Notes: a model not told the origin generated them from the letters alone. A stretch of 64,000 nt of DNA from Eledone cirrhosa (GCA_964016885.1 OZ024761.1:16120001-16184000); one strand, 5' to 3'; positions 25,020 to 38,154 are shown, counted from the first letter of the stretch. Program-made: numbers and translations.

Positions 25020-25369
25020 ATGTGTGTATGTAAGTGTATATGTAGCAATATCTATAGGTGTGAAAAGGAAAAAGGAAAACAGTACTCAATCAGGAAGAGA
25101 GAGCAGAAATATTATATTATTTATTTATGTTCATACACGGAACAGAGGTGCTGCCCAAGGTTTCAAGGCCCCAATCTGACCATACCTTTAGAATATACTC
25201 GCATAAGCCACCGAAAAGAGGTCTCTAATTTGATATCATCATCGTTTAACGTCCATCTTCCACACTAGCATGGGTTAGATAGGTTTGTCCCATCTAGAGA
25301 CAAGTTGGGTATATATGAATATGTATATAGATATATGTATATATATATATGTGTATATATATGGTATCC

Positions 25370-25691
25370 AATGATGTTGACTTGTTCTTCTTTTTGGTAA
25401 ATATCATCTTGGTTAAGAGAGTGGGACTGGCTTTGTGCAGTGCCTTTGCTCACTATAAAAGCTTCACGGCACAGGCATTGCTTTATATCTGGAGATCTCT
25501 CTGCACTTGTCGTCACATGGTACCATGGGCCCAGCACTATGTGTCAATAATTGTCACAAGTGTAGTGTTTGTACCAGAGTTCTCAAGTCGCTGGCTGGAC
25601 TAAAAAGTCACACTTGTTCAGCGCATCGGTAAGGGTTCTCCTACATGGATATAAAGTAGTGGCCGTACTCGAAAACGAGTTGGCAGCCACC

Positions 25692-25695
<4 letters not shown>
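25370..25695 (+). mobile_element. Decayed RTE/BovB-like 3' end with a C2H2-like finger
   Basis: 25555-25632 translates HKCSVCTRVLKSLAGLKSHTCSAHR*, then a short UTR and (TA)n. Confidence 0.5.
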
Positions 25696-25751
<56 letters not shown>

Positions 25752-26382
25752 GCAATTTAAGCACTCCACCTACTTTTTCCACATAGGAATGAAGGAGTAT
25801 ATTTAGAATAAGAAAATGCGAAGTAGTTTCAGATGTTAAAGTCCTTTATTGATAATGCTGTGATACATATTTCAATGACAACAGTGGCCACATGATTCCG
25901 TGTAGCCAGTGCCGTGACATCATCAGACAGCTTCTTACATAATAAGGTTACGATCTCGAGGCAATCCAAATTAAAACGACAAGGGAACGGACAAAGATGA
26001 TGTTCTTGAAGCCTTCGCCTGTTCCCTTGTGAGCCTTAATTTCCCTCCACAGACATGATGAGATCATGGCACTGGTTAGGCGGACTCGCGTGGACACTGT
26101 CGTCATTGAAATATGTATCACAGCCTTATCAATAAAGGACTTTAACATCTGAAACTACTTCGCATTTTCTTATTCTACATATATATATATATGTAGATAA
26201 ATCTACCAAAAGTTTACGGTAGTGTCCAATCCGTATGAAGAACTCAATGTAATCCGGATATCATGAAAAGAAGAGATGCATTCAAAAATCACTTTCGGTG
26301 AAAGATAAACGGAATACAGAGTCAAGATAAAATATTTAAAAAATAATGAATTTGAATTGTTGTTATTATCAATAAATATACA

Positions 26383-26523
26383 TCATTATTTCTGAAGACA
26401 GCATATATATGTGATGGTATGTATATTCTCCTTGATAGTTTGTATAATTTTGTACATAGATCTTTTGAATATGCATACCAATTCTAACACATATATGTCC
26501 TAGAAACGATCGTAAAATAATGA
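26383..26523 (+). ncRNA. Hammerhead-like motif with long stem II, family D
   Basis: TCATTATTT-CTGAAGA-(104 nt, partly self-complementary)-GAAA-CGATCG-TA-AAATAATGA; 9-bp stem I; base of stem II imperfect. Confidence 0.55.
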
Positions 26524-26762
26524 ACTTTTTTTGTTTAATATAAGGAACTGTTTCTTTGTTTTATTCATTATTTTTTAAATATTTTATATATAAATATATA
26601 TATATTGTAATTAGTTAGAGACAGACAGCATGAGCTCAACCGCCAGGCACTATTCAAATACATACACTCTACTTTCCCAAGTATTGAGTACTTAGCTGAA
26701 CTTGGCCTTACTATTCTAAAAGAAATCTCTCTCTCTCTCTCTCTCTCACTCCATATATATGT

Positions 26763-26799
<37 letters not shown>

Positions 26800-26876
26800 A
26801 AAGAGTCTCTACTACGCCAAGTATCAAATACTCTGCTGAGTAATGGTCTAAGCAGTTTCAAACTGAATCCATCCTC

Positions 26877-26944
<68 letters not shown>

Positions 26945-27139
26945 TGCAGGTGTGGCGAGCTGCATATAGTCTAACCATTAGAAAAAGCAAAATAAATGCT
27001 TCACCTTTGATGAAGAGATGACTCAAGAAGAAGAAAAATATATATATTAACCCAATATACACCCCACCCCACACTCCATCCTCCCACTTCCGCCCACACC
27101 ACACTTTCTCTGTAAAGTTATGTTGGTACCACAGAACAT

Positions 27140-27985
27140 CCAGTCCATGCTGTAAAGTGGTTGTGTAGGTGTCACAACAAAAAGCACCCAGTCCACGCTG
27201 TAAAGCGGTCGTGTAGGTGTCACAACAAAAAGCACCCAGCCCACACTGTAAAGTGGTCGTGTAGGTGTCACAACAAAAAGCACCCAGCCCACACTGTAAA
27301 GTGGTTGTGTAGGTGTCACAAAAAAAAGCACCCAGTCCATGCTGTAAAACGGTCGTGTAGGTGTCACAACAAAAAGCACCCAGTCCACACTGTAAAGTGG
27401 TTGTGTAGGTGTCACAACAAAAAGCACCCAGCCCACACTGTAAAGTGGTCGTGTAGGTGTCACAAAAAAAAGCACCCAGTCCATGCTGTAAAACGGTCGT
27501 GTAGGTGTCACAACAAAAAGCACCCAGTCCACACTGTAAAGTGGTTGTGTAGGTGTCACAACAAAAAGCACCCAGTCCATGCTGTAAAGTGGTCGTGTAG
27601 GTGTCACAACAAAAAGCACCCAGTCCACACTGTAAAGCGGTCGTGTAGGTGTCACAACAAAAAGCACCCAGTCCATGCTGTAAAACGGTTGTGTAGGTGT
27701 CACAACAAAAAGCACCCAGCCCACACTGTAAAGTGGTTGTGTAGGTGTCACAACAAAAAGCACCCAGTCCACGCTGTAAAGCGGTCGTGTAGGTGTCACA
27801 ACAAAAAGAACCCAGCCCACACTGTAAAGTGGTTGTGTAGGTGTCACAACAAAAAGCACCCAGCCCACACTGTAAAGTGGTTGTGTAGGTGTCACAACAA
27901 AAAGAACCCAACCCACACTGTAAAGTGGTTGTGTAGGTGTCACAACAAAAAGCACCCAGTCCACGCTGTAAAGCGGTCGTGTAGC
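27140..27985. repeat. 48-bp minisatellite, about 17 copies, inside an RTE-like 3'UTR fragment (about 27050-28155)
   Basis: Unit GTGTAGGTGTCACAACAAAAAGCACCCAGTCCACACTGTAAAGTGGTT; homologous low-copy segments at about 55693 and 62000. Confidence 0.96.
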
Positions 27986-28159
27986 AGATATGGTAAAAAG
28001 GCTCCCAGTCCACACTGTAAATGTGGTTGGTGTTAGGAAGGGCACCCAGCCATAGAAAACCAGCTAGAAACAGTTCTATACGAGCAAGACACGGTCACCC
28101 AACCAATCTTGCCTCAAGTGGGACAACTCCTGTCTAACCCATGCTAGCGTGAAAGATAG

Positions 28160-28660
28160 TAATGTACTGGGTAATTGCTGGCCTTGTGCCAAAAGTAGAA
28201 ACAATTATATATATACATTTGAGATCATTCAATTCCCGCCGAAGTTAACTTTGCCTTTCATCCTTACAGGGTCGATAAAATAAAGTACCAGTAATACACT
28301 GGTTAATTGCTGGCCTTGTGCCTAAAGTAGAAACAATTATTATTATTATTTCTATTATTAATGTTCCTCTTCTTATTATTATTTGGCAGTATCGGTAGAG
28401 GGTCGGACGCCATGCTTTGACGCATAGAGTTACGGCCCTTGCCATTCTGAGTTCAAATCCCGCCGAGGTTAACTTTGCCTTTCATCCTTACGGGGGTCGA
28501 TAAAATAAAGTACCAGTAATACACTGGGAAATTGCTGGCCTTGTGCCAAAAGTAGAAACAATTATTATATAACTTTGCCTTTCATCCTTACGGGGTCGAT
28601 AAAATAAAGTACCAGTAATACACTGGGTATTTGCTGGCCTTGTGCCAAAAGTGGAAATAA
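28160..28660 (+). mobile_element. Cluster of four Meta-like SINE fragments or copies
   Basis: Repeated core and tail segments. Confidence 0.75.
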
Positions 28661-29084
28661 TAATAATTATTATTTTTATTATTAATGTTCTTCTTCTTAT
28701 TATTATATAGGGAACTGAAGCACTCCCAGACCCATAAAATAATTCACATACCATCATCCAGACCAAATACACACTGACATACATATACACACACATGAAG
28801 TGTGGGTGATGGCCACTTTAAACATCTTTCTCCCTCTCTCTCTCTACTCACCACCCCTCACCTCATCCCTTTGACCCACCTACCCACCCTATTCAACCCA
28901 CATAGAATAAGCTGTGGTAAACATATGGCATGGCAACGAGAAACTGGGGCAATTCTGTGGAAGGGAAGAAGAACTGATGATGGCAGTGGAGGTGGGGTGG
29001 GGGCGTGAGTGAAAGTATTTAAGGGGTCATTGTGTTGATTTTTTTTTATTTAGGGCTCAACTTGACAATCCACTTCCGGAGTAT

Positions 29085-29526
29085 GGGTAGTGGTTGTGGT
29101 GGTAGTAGTGATAGTGGTAGTGGTGGTGGTGGTAGTGGTAGCATGAGTAGTGGTTGTGGTGGTAGTAGTGATAGTGGTGGTGGTGGTGGTGGTAGTGGTA
29201 GTATGAGTAGTGGTTGTGGTGGTGGTGTTCATGGTGGTGTTGGTGGAGTTAGTAGTGGTGGTGGTGTTGGTGGTGTTAGTAATGGTGGTGTTGGTGGTGA
29301 TGTTGGTGGTGTTAGTAGTGGTGGTGGTGGTGTTAGTATTGGTGGTGTTGGTGGTGGTGGTGGTGGTGTTAGTAATTGTGGTGTTGGTGGTGTTAGTAGT
29401 GGTGGTGGTGTTGGTGGTGGTGTTAGTAGTGGTGGTGGTGGTGGTGTTAGTAGTGGTGGTGGTGGTGGTGATGTTGGTGTTAGTATTGGTGTTGGTGGTG
29501 TTAGTAGTGGTGATGTTGGTGGTGTT
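29085..29526. repeat. (GGT/AGT/GTT)n tract
   Basis: Direct inspection. Confidence 0.93.
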
Positions 29527-29921
29527 AGGCAGGCCACAAGAGATGTAGTCCATTATAAGGCAGGCCACATGTGATATAGCTCATTATAAGGCAGGCCACA
29601 TGTGATATAGCTCATTATAAGGCAGGCCACAAGAGATGTAGTCCATTATAAGGCAGGCCACATGAGATACAGCTCATTATAAGGCAGGCCACATGTGATA
29701 TAGCTCATTATAAGGCAGGCCACATGTGATATAGCTCATTATAAGGCAGGCCACATGTGATATAGCCCATTATAAGGCAGGCCACATGAGATACAGCTCA
29801 TTATAAGGCAGGCCACATGTGATATAGCTCATTATAAGGCAGGCCACATGTGATATAGCTCATTATAAGGCAGACCACATGTGATATAGCTCATTATAAG
29901 GCAAGCCACATGAGATACAGC
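29527..29921. repeat. 31-bp minisatellite, about 12-13 copies
   Basis: Unit CATTATAAGGCAGGCCACATGTGATATAGCT. Confidence 0.96.
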
Positions 29922-30023
29922 CGAATACAGTTCTATATGAGTGAGACATGGTCACCCGACCAATCTTGCCTCAAGTGGGACAACTCCCGTCTAACCCATG
30001 CTAGCTTGGAAGATGGATGTTAA

Positions 30024-30064
<41 letters not shown>

Positions 30065-30069
30065 ATATA

Positions 30070-30255
30070 CTAGCTGGCCCCACCCAAGCTGTCAAAAATG
30101 ACGGCTAATTGTAATATCTATACATAATATAAAAAAGAGATGTTTGTTTTTTTGTTGGTTCCTTTGCACTCACTCACACAAGTGACACAAACACATCCCT
30201 TCCTTTCTCAGTCATCTCTACTGCGTTACGGACAGATACACACGGCCATTATATT
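30070..30255 (-). mobile_element. Helitron-like element, second copy
   Basis: Highly similar to 14419-14636, with CTAG end and hairpin GCTGTCA-AAAA-TGACGGC. Confidence 0.65.
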
Positions 30256-30338
30256 CGATAAAATAAAGTACCAGTAATGTACTGGGGTAATTGCTGGCCC
30301 TGTGCCAAAAAAGTAGAAAAGTAGAAACAATTATATTA

Positions 30339-30369
<31 letters not shown>

Positions 30370-30560
30370 ACGAAGGAATTGTAGTAAGGAACCAGATGGA
30401 CCATAACGCACCAGAGTTCTCAATACTTAGGGTAGTAGAGTGGGTAATAGGAAAAGGTATGACCCCGACGGCAGAGCTCAAGCCGTTTCGACGGCTATTT
30501 CTGAGTCCAGAAATAGCCGTCGAAACGGCTTGAGCTCTGCCGTCGGGCTCATACCTTTTC

Positions 30561-30619
<59 letters not shown>

Positions 30620-30707
30620 AATGTCCAAGGCTATGTCCCAAGGAATGTCCAAAGCTATATACCATCAACACTATACACACAGAGCTGGCATATCTAAGAA
30701 CTGACTA

Positions 30708-30763
30708 ACTGCCTGATGAGGTCATAGCCATTCAATGGCTATCATCGAAATATATATAGCAGT
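30708..30763 (+). ncRNA. Minimal hammerhead ribozyme motif, family B
   Basis: ACTGC-CTGATGA-GGTCATAGCCAT/TCA/ATGGCTATCATC-GAAA-TATATA-TA-GCAGT; core-mutated reverse copy at about 38908-38961. Confidence 0.8.
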
Positions 30764-30936
30764 AAATAAAGGATTATGAGTTCATGCAATTGACTTATGT
30801 TTCGTCACTATATATATACATATATATATTTATATTTATATTTATATAATATACATATGTACATAGATACACACACACACGTATATATATATGTGTGCGT
30901 GTGTGTGTTTGTGTGTATCTACATACGTGTACATGA

Positions 30937-30993
<57 letters not shown>

Positions 30994-31829
30994 TGTGTGT
31001 GTGTGTGTCTGTAGCAGTGTGTTTAGGTACAGGTGAAACACAAGGAGAATAGTTTCAGGTAATCCTTTGAACAGATCCGTCTAACTTTACCTAAGTACAC
31101 CCGACACAGATAGACGGGTGATATACTTGCAAAGAGAGAGAAAGGGAGAGAAAGGGAGAGAGAGAGAGAGAGACGGGTGGAATGGGGTAAAAGGCGGGTA
31201 GATAGACAAGCAGGCAAGCAGACACAGAAACCTGCACTATATATATTATTATTATATAGATATATATAATATATATATATATTATACACATGTACGTCGG
31301 GGTTGTTGACTTATAGAATTATAAATAACAACAAACATCTATTGGTGTGGCTCACGCAATACATGTACTAGGGTCAAATTCATTATACATGCCTAGAATT
31401 GATAGGGAATCCGGGTTTCGCTATATATATATCTTTATAATTGGTGTGGGATGCTTAAAATGTCTGTAAGGGGTAGGCCGTTTGAGTACTCGGTGCTCTT
31501 ACAGAGCAGAGTATAATATCACATAAAAAATGGAGAATCAGTGGTGCTACGAATAAGATTTATTAGACATATTACAATCGTTTCTCTGGCGACCAGCTCG
31601 AGGCACGATCGATGCATTGATCAAACCTGACTCTGAAATCTGCTTCGTAGAATCGAGACGTATCCGAGGATCTTGCGATTTCAGAGCCTGGTTTGATCAT
31701 TGCATCGATCGTGCCTCGAGCTGGTCGCCAGAGAAACGATTGTAATATGTCTAATAAATCTTATTCGTAGCACCACTGATTCTCCATTTCTTATGTGATA
31801 TATATATATATATATGCACATATATATAT

Positions 31830-31896
<67 letters not shown>

Positions 31897-31899
<3 letters not shown>

Positions 31900-32068
31900 T
31901 AAGGCGGGTAAAATTCCCGAGATCCATGGACGAGTTCTCTGTCGCTCATTATCGCTGCCATGTCCTGCGTCTCCAACAGACCAGTGTCTGTCCTTAGGAC
32001 ATCAACATACGTTAACCTTGGTCTTCCTCTTCTAGTGGGAGCCCCTACATGGACACACTAGAAGAGGA

Positions 32069-32070
<2 letters not shown>
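31897..32070 (-). mobile_element. RTE/RTEX-like LINE 3' end with an inverted 5' piece
   Basis: Reverse copy of 39290-39441 joined to a forward piece of 39271-39306; flanked by (TA)n. Confidence 0.72.
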
Positions 32071-32137
<67 letters not shown>

Positions 32138-32292
32138 GTCGTCAAGTATGAAATTTGTAGTAAAAAAAAACAAATTTCATACTTGACGAACCAATATGTA
32201 TATATGTAAAAGGTAAACAGAAATAACAACACAATCAGTACAGTATATGAAAGGAATATTTTAGTTTAACGCTTGAAATAGCAGGAAGAGGG

Positions 32293-32328
32293 TCTTAACG
32301 TTTCGGTCGCTAGTCCTTCATCAGAAGA
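32293..32328 (-). ncRNA. Minimal hammerhead motif, family E
   Basis: Minus strand TCTT-CTGATGA-AGGACTAGCGACC-GAAA-CG-TT-AAGA; relatives at about 32480, 38662 and 62538. Confidence 0.55.
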
Positions 32329-32852
32329 AAGAATGAGAAATAAGATAGATTGAAGGGACGGATTGGGTGGAATTGGAAAAAAATGTTTTTTGATTAAAAT
32401 ATCAGGTCCATTCATGTTGACATCTCTTGGCAAGCTGTTGATGCTGGCGCTTTGTACGCTTGAAATAGCAAGAAGAGAGTCTTAACGTTTCGGTTGCTAG
32501 TCCTTCATCAAAAGGTTGAATGAGAAATTAGAAAGATTGAAAGGACGGTCAGATCAGGAGGGATTCAGTTTGGATTACTCGATATATCTGGCAATCAGTA
32601 CTCGATATATCTGGCAATCAATGTTTATCATTGATTGACCAACGGTTAAAAAAAAATATATATATATAGTCTATCAAAGTTCTTTCGTCACACATCTGCG
32701 ACATCATCAGTGGTACTATTATGTTTCCTCCCGTTGTATTGTAAAGCCATTATTTCTGGCAATATTACAACAATATGACCCTCCTCAAGTGTAACAATAT
32801 TTGTTTCGACACACGATTTCATATCGAAAACCTTGCAAAACAAATGTGTGCG

Positions 32853-32887
<35 letters not shown>

Positions 32888-32957
32888 AATGGGAGATGGT
32901 CAAAATTGGGCCTTGAAACCTTCGGTAGTACCTTTGTTTCGTGCATGAACATAAATA

Positions 32958-33028
<71 letters not shown>

Positions 33029-33240
33029 AACCAAAAGTTTAACAAGGTTCATTGATTAATCAATGAATAAAGTTTTACAAAAGATTAGAAGCACTCAACA
33101 GTGAGGTTTTCTGGAGTTATTAATATTACTTCAAAATATTAATAAATATAGACATTCATCTGATCAAATATATTTTATTAGACTGCCAAGACTGGAATTG
33201 AACCATCAGCACAGTTGAGGTATGTCAGGCATCAATTTAT

Positions 33241-33300
33241 TTTATCTGATGAGGACGTACTGATGAAATAGCTCAGTACTTCTGAAATATGTATAATAAA
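33241..33300 (+). ncRNA. Minimal hammerhead ribozyme motif, family C
   Basis: TTTAT-CTGATGA-GGACGTACTGA...TCAGTACTTCT-GAAA-TATGTA-TA-ATAAA. Confidence 0.78.
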
Positions 33301-33852
33301 ATATATTTGATCACATGAATGTCTATATTTATTAATATTTTGAAGTAATATATATATATTGTATACATATACAATATACATAGTGTATATATAGATATAA
33401 ACATAAATGAACTCCAACCAAAATTAAATAGAAAACATGAATGGAATAGCAACATCACAACTTACAATTAAGGACACAATGAAAACACACACACACACAT
33501 AGAACAAACAACCAACCAATAACATGTAAATAAACACACACAGACACCGAGATGTAACACATGCGCAAACTAAGCACACAACACACACAAAAACAAGATG
33601 GTGTAGGACAGAACAAAGGAGAGGCACAAAAACAAAGAAAAGAATCCCCAGTCACTGAAGAGGTCACAGAATGTGTGACGAAAGAACTTTGACAATATAC
33701 GAACAATCGTCTGGTTGTGGAACCAACCAACCAACCGGAAATTTATAATTTATAAATTCTTAAATTTTATAAATTTAATTTAATTTATAATAAATTGAAG
33801 TGAAAGCATGGTGCATGTGTTTCTTATTGGCAACATGACCCTCCCAAAGCAT

Positions 33853-33905
<53 letters not shown>

Positions 33906-34035
33906 GAGGTTATATTTAATTTGTTGGGATACAACAAGCAAAATATTTTTATAACTGATATAAAGCACTCAACAAATTATTGGAGTAAATATACAATATA
34001 TTAACAAATGGAAACTATATTTATAAAACCACATT

Positions 34036-34101
34036 TATTTCATTATACATATTTCAAGGGCCACCAAGGCAAACTATGGTGCGCTTTCATCAGATAAAAT
34101 A
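34036..34101 (-). ncRNA. Minimal hammerhead motif, family A
   Basis: Intact CTGATGA / GAAA / TA core on the minus strand. Confidence 0.72.
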
Positions 34102-34535
34102 TATTTTATAAATATAGTTTCCATTTGTTAATATATTGTTTATATATATATATACACACACACATATTATACATATACATATATATATATATATATACAT
34201 ATTATACATATATATACATAGTATACATATATATATATATATATACATAGTATACATATATATATATATTGTATACATATATATATATATTGTATATATA
34301 TATATATTGTATACATATATATATTGTATACATATATATACATACATAGTATACATATATATATATATATTGTATACATATATATATACATAGTATACAT
34401 ATATATATATATATATTGTATACATATATATATACATAGTATACATATATATATATATATATATTGTATACAAATATATATATATATATATATTGTATAC
34501 ATATATATATACATTGTATACATACATATATACAT

Positions 34536-34570
<35 letters not shown>

Positions 34571-34627
34571 ATGTGTGTGTGCAAGTAACCATGCACAATC
34601 GAAACGACATGCTGATACACACAAAAC

Positions 34628-34681
<54 letters not shown>

Positions 34682-34685
34682 AAAC

Positions 34686-34742
<57 letters not shown>

Positions 34743-35004
34743 ATACATACACGGATATAAGGTACAACGTTAGGAGAAGAGGAAAGGGAGCAAAGAAAAG
34801 CCTTCAGAAACTGACAGATTTGACATATACAGGCCCATAGGCAGACGTGGGGTCTGACTCACAGACAGACGGAACGTCCAAAAGATAGTGGAGGGCGGCC
34901 AGCCCCCAAAAAAGAAACTTTATAAAAAAAGAAACCCCACAAAACTACGAAAACTAACTAAAAAAAATATAACCAGCGAGCAAGTGGCTGCTTGAACGCT
35001 ATCT

Positions 35005-35745
35005 CTCTCTCCCTCCCTCTGTCTCTCTTACTATATTTCTCTCTCCCTCTCTCTCTCTTACTATTTCTCTCGCTCCCTCTGTCTCTCTTTCTCCCTCCTC
35101 TCTCTCTCTTAATATTTCTCTCGCTCCCTTCCTCTCTCTCTCTTACTATTTCTCTCGCTCCTTCTGTCTCTCTTTCTCCCTCCCTCTCTCTCCCTCTTAC
35201 TATTTCTCTCGCTCCTTCTGTCTCTCTTTCTCCCTCCCTCTCTCTCCCTCTTACTATTTCTCTCGCTCCTTCTGTCTCTCTTTCTCCCTCCCTCTCTCTC
35301 CCTCTTACTATTTCTCTCGCTCCTTCTGTCTCTCTTTCTCCCTCCCTCTCTCTCTCTCTTAATATTTCTCTCTCTCTCTTAATATTTCTCTCTCCCTCTT
35401 ACTATTTCTCTCGCTCCCTCTGTCTCTCTTTCTCCCTCCCTCCCCCTCTCTCTCTCTCTCTTACTATTTCTCTTTCCCTCACTCTCTCTCTCCCTCCCCC
35501 TCTCTCTCTTACTATTTCTCTCGTTCCCCCTGTCTCTCTTTCTCCCTCCCTCCCCCTCTCTCTCTCTTATAATTTCTCTCCCTCCCCCTCTCTCTCTTAC
35601 TATTTCTCCCTTCCCCTCTCTCTCTTACTATTTCTCTATCCCTCTCTCTCTCTCTCTCTCCCTCCCCTCTCTCTTACTATTTCTCTCGCTCCCTCTGTCT
35701 CTCTTTCTTTATCTCTCACTATCTATCTATCTCACTTCTCTTCCC
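35005..35745. repeat. CT-rich polypyrimidine tract with subrepeats of about 54 bp
   Basis: CTTACTATTTCTCTCGCTCCTTCTGTCTCTC... recurring. Confidence 0.92.
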
Positions 35746-35884
35746 ATTAACAGAACAACGGGGCCTATTAAAACCTTTTTTTTTACAAGGATAAAGAGGG
35801 GAGTAGGAGGGCGACGGGGAGGGGAGGAAAGGGAAGAGGATATTTAGTGGAAAGTTGTTACGAGGAGGGGAGGGGGGGGGTGAG

Positions 35885-35916
<32 letters not shown>

Positions 35917-36163
35917 TGGTAGTGGTGGTAGGAAGTGAAGGAGGTGGAGGTTGGTGGGGTGGTGTGTATGGGTGGGAGGTGGTGCTGCTGTGGAAGGATG
36001 AGGCAATCGACAACTTGCTACTGCTGCTGCTGCTGCTGCAGATCTGTTGACTTTTAAGGGAATCCCTAACATTTTTGCAGTAACTCTACAGACATGTGGC
36101 GAGTGTGTAGGTATGCTGTATACGTAAGCCCCTCTCTCTCTCTATATATATATGTCTGCATAA

Positions 36164-36204
<41 letters not shown>

Positions 36205-36209
<5 letters not shown>

Positions 36210-36545
36210 GGAAACTATATTTATAAAACCATAATTATTTTATTATATAATTTTCAAGGGCGACCAAGACAATCTTGGTGCGCTTTCATCAGATAAAATA
36301 CAAAATTTGTTTTTATAAATAGTGACATAACCATGGAAAACAACCTTGACGGTTGAAAATTCGGTGGATAGTCAGCGAATTTTCAACCGTCAAGGTTGTT
36401 TTCCATGGTTATGTCACTTTATAAAACAAATTTTGTATTTTATCTGATGAAAGCGCACCAAGATTGGCTTAGTCGCCCTTGAAATATATATAATAAAATA
36501 ATTATGGTTTTTGTAAATATAGTTTACATTTATTAATATATTGAA
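36205..36545. repeat. Fold-back of a family A element (arms about 160 bp) carrying hammerheads on both strands (36236-36300 minus, 36436-36500 plus)
   Basis: Arms meet at AAAATTCG-gtggatagtcag-CGAATTTT. Confidence 0.88.
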
Positions 36546-36776
36546 TATTTACTCCAGTTACTTGTTGAGTGCTCTATATCAGTTATAAACTTTTAAGTTT
36601 GTTGGAATTCCAACAAATTAAATATAACTTCTACATATATATATATTAATAATAATAAATGTGAAGACTAAAATCCGAAGAGAGCTTGATAATGATAATA
36701 TATATAAAACCATAGAGCAAATATTTATTAAGGGTGAAAGCAACGATTCTTTGCTTAAACTTTAATCTGTTATTTT

Positions 36777-36859
<83 letters not shown>

Positions 36860-36951
36860 AGAAGTTATATTTAATTTATTGGGATGCAACAAGCAAATAT
36901 TTTTATAACTGATATAAAGCATTCAACAAATTATTGGAGTAAAAATACGAT

Positions 36952-37249
36952 ATATTAACAAATGGAAACTATATTTATAAAACCATATTTATTTCATTAT
37001 ACATATTTCAAGGACACCAAGTCAAATTATAGTGCGCTTTCATCAGATAAAATATAATATAGATCAGTTTTATAAATAAATATTGACATACCCTTAAAGA
37101 ATGCGACCATTTCTGTTGGAAGCTCCCGGGTAGTGGGGTTACTAAATATATTTAATGAAAGCGCACCATCATTTGACTTGGTGTCCTTGAAATATGTATA
37201 ATGAAATAAATATGGTTTTATAAATATAGTTTCCATTTGTTAATATATC

Positions 37250-37250
<1 letters not shown>
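36952..37250. repeat. Fold-back of a family A element; hammerhead at 36990-37054 (minus)
   Basis: Inverted arms of about 90 bp, CGATATATTAACAAATGG... / ...CCATTTGTTAATATCG. Confidence 0.85.
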
Positions 37251-37314
<64 letters not shown>

Positions 37315-37502
37315 TAGATAGATAGATAGATATATAAAGGCGGTGCCCCAGCATGGCATCAGCCTGTCGGTTGGAGTAACAGAGTACTGTGTACACACGT
37401 TTGTATTAGTACGCAAAAAGCAAACAGAAACAACACAGTACAATGAAAACCTATATTAGTATATGTATGTTTGAATGTCATAGAGTACTCACTAGCACAC
37501 TC

Positions 37503-37556
<54 letters not shown>

Positions 37557-37562
<6 letters not shown>

Positions 37563-37949
37563 ATTAAAAAAATAATGAATAAAACAAAGAAACAGTTCCT
37601 TATATTAAACAAAAAAAGTTCATTATTTAACGATCGTTTCTAGGACATATATGTGTTAGAATTGGCATGCATATTCAACAGATCTATGTACAAAATTATA
37701 CAAAATTATACAAACTATCAAATCTAATATACATACAGATTATTTCTGAAGACGGCATATGTATGTGTTGGTATGTATATTAGATTTGATAGTTTGTATA
37801 ATTTTGTATAATTTTGTACATAGATCTGTTGAATATGCATGCCAATTCTAACACATATATGTCCTAGAAACGATCGTTAAATAATGAACTTTTTTTGTTT
37901 AATATAAGGAACTGTTTCATTGTTTTATTCATTATTTTTTTAATACTTT
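37557..37949. repeat. Fold-back of a family D element; long-stem-II hammerhead-like motif at about 37740-37886 (plus)
   Basis: Inverted arms of about 175 bp; CTGAAGA...GAAACGATCGTT core. Confidence 0.85.
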
Positions 37950-38080
37950 ATCTTGACTCTGTATTCCGTTTATCTTTCACCGAAAGTGATTTTTGAATGC
38001 ATCTTTTCTTTCCATGATATCCGGATTACATTGAGTTCTTCATACGGATTGGACACTACCGTAAACTCTTGGTAGATTTA

Positions 38081-38154
<74 letters not shown>

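Noticed and set aside
26796-28045. Cys-rich repeat proteins of 291-405 aa
   Set aside because: Produced by a 48-bp TE-derived minisatellite; one ORF runs into (TA)n.
29032-29574. Gly-rich 180-aa protein
   Set aside because: (GGT/AGT)n microsatellite open in several frames on both strands.
34090-34840. YI/CV-repeat ORFs here and throughout the window
   Set aside because: Translations of (TA)n and (TG)n microsatellites.
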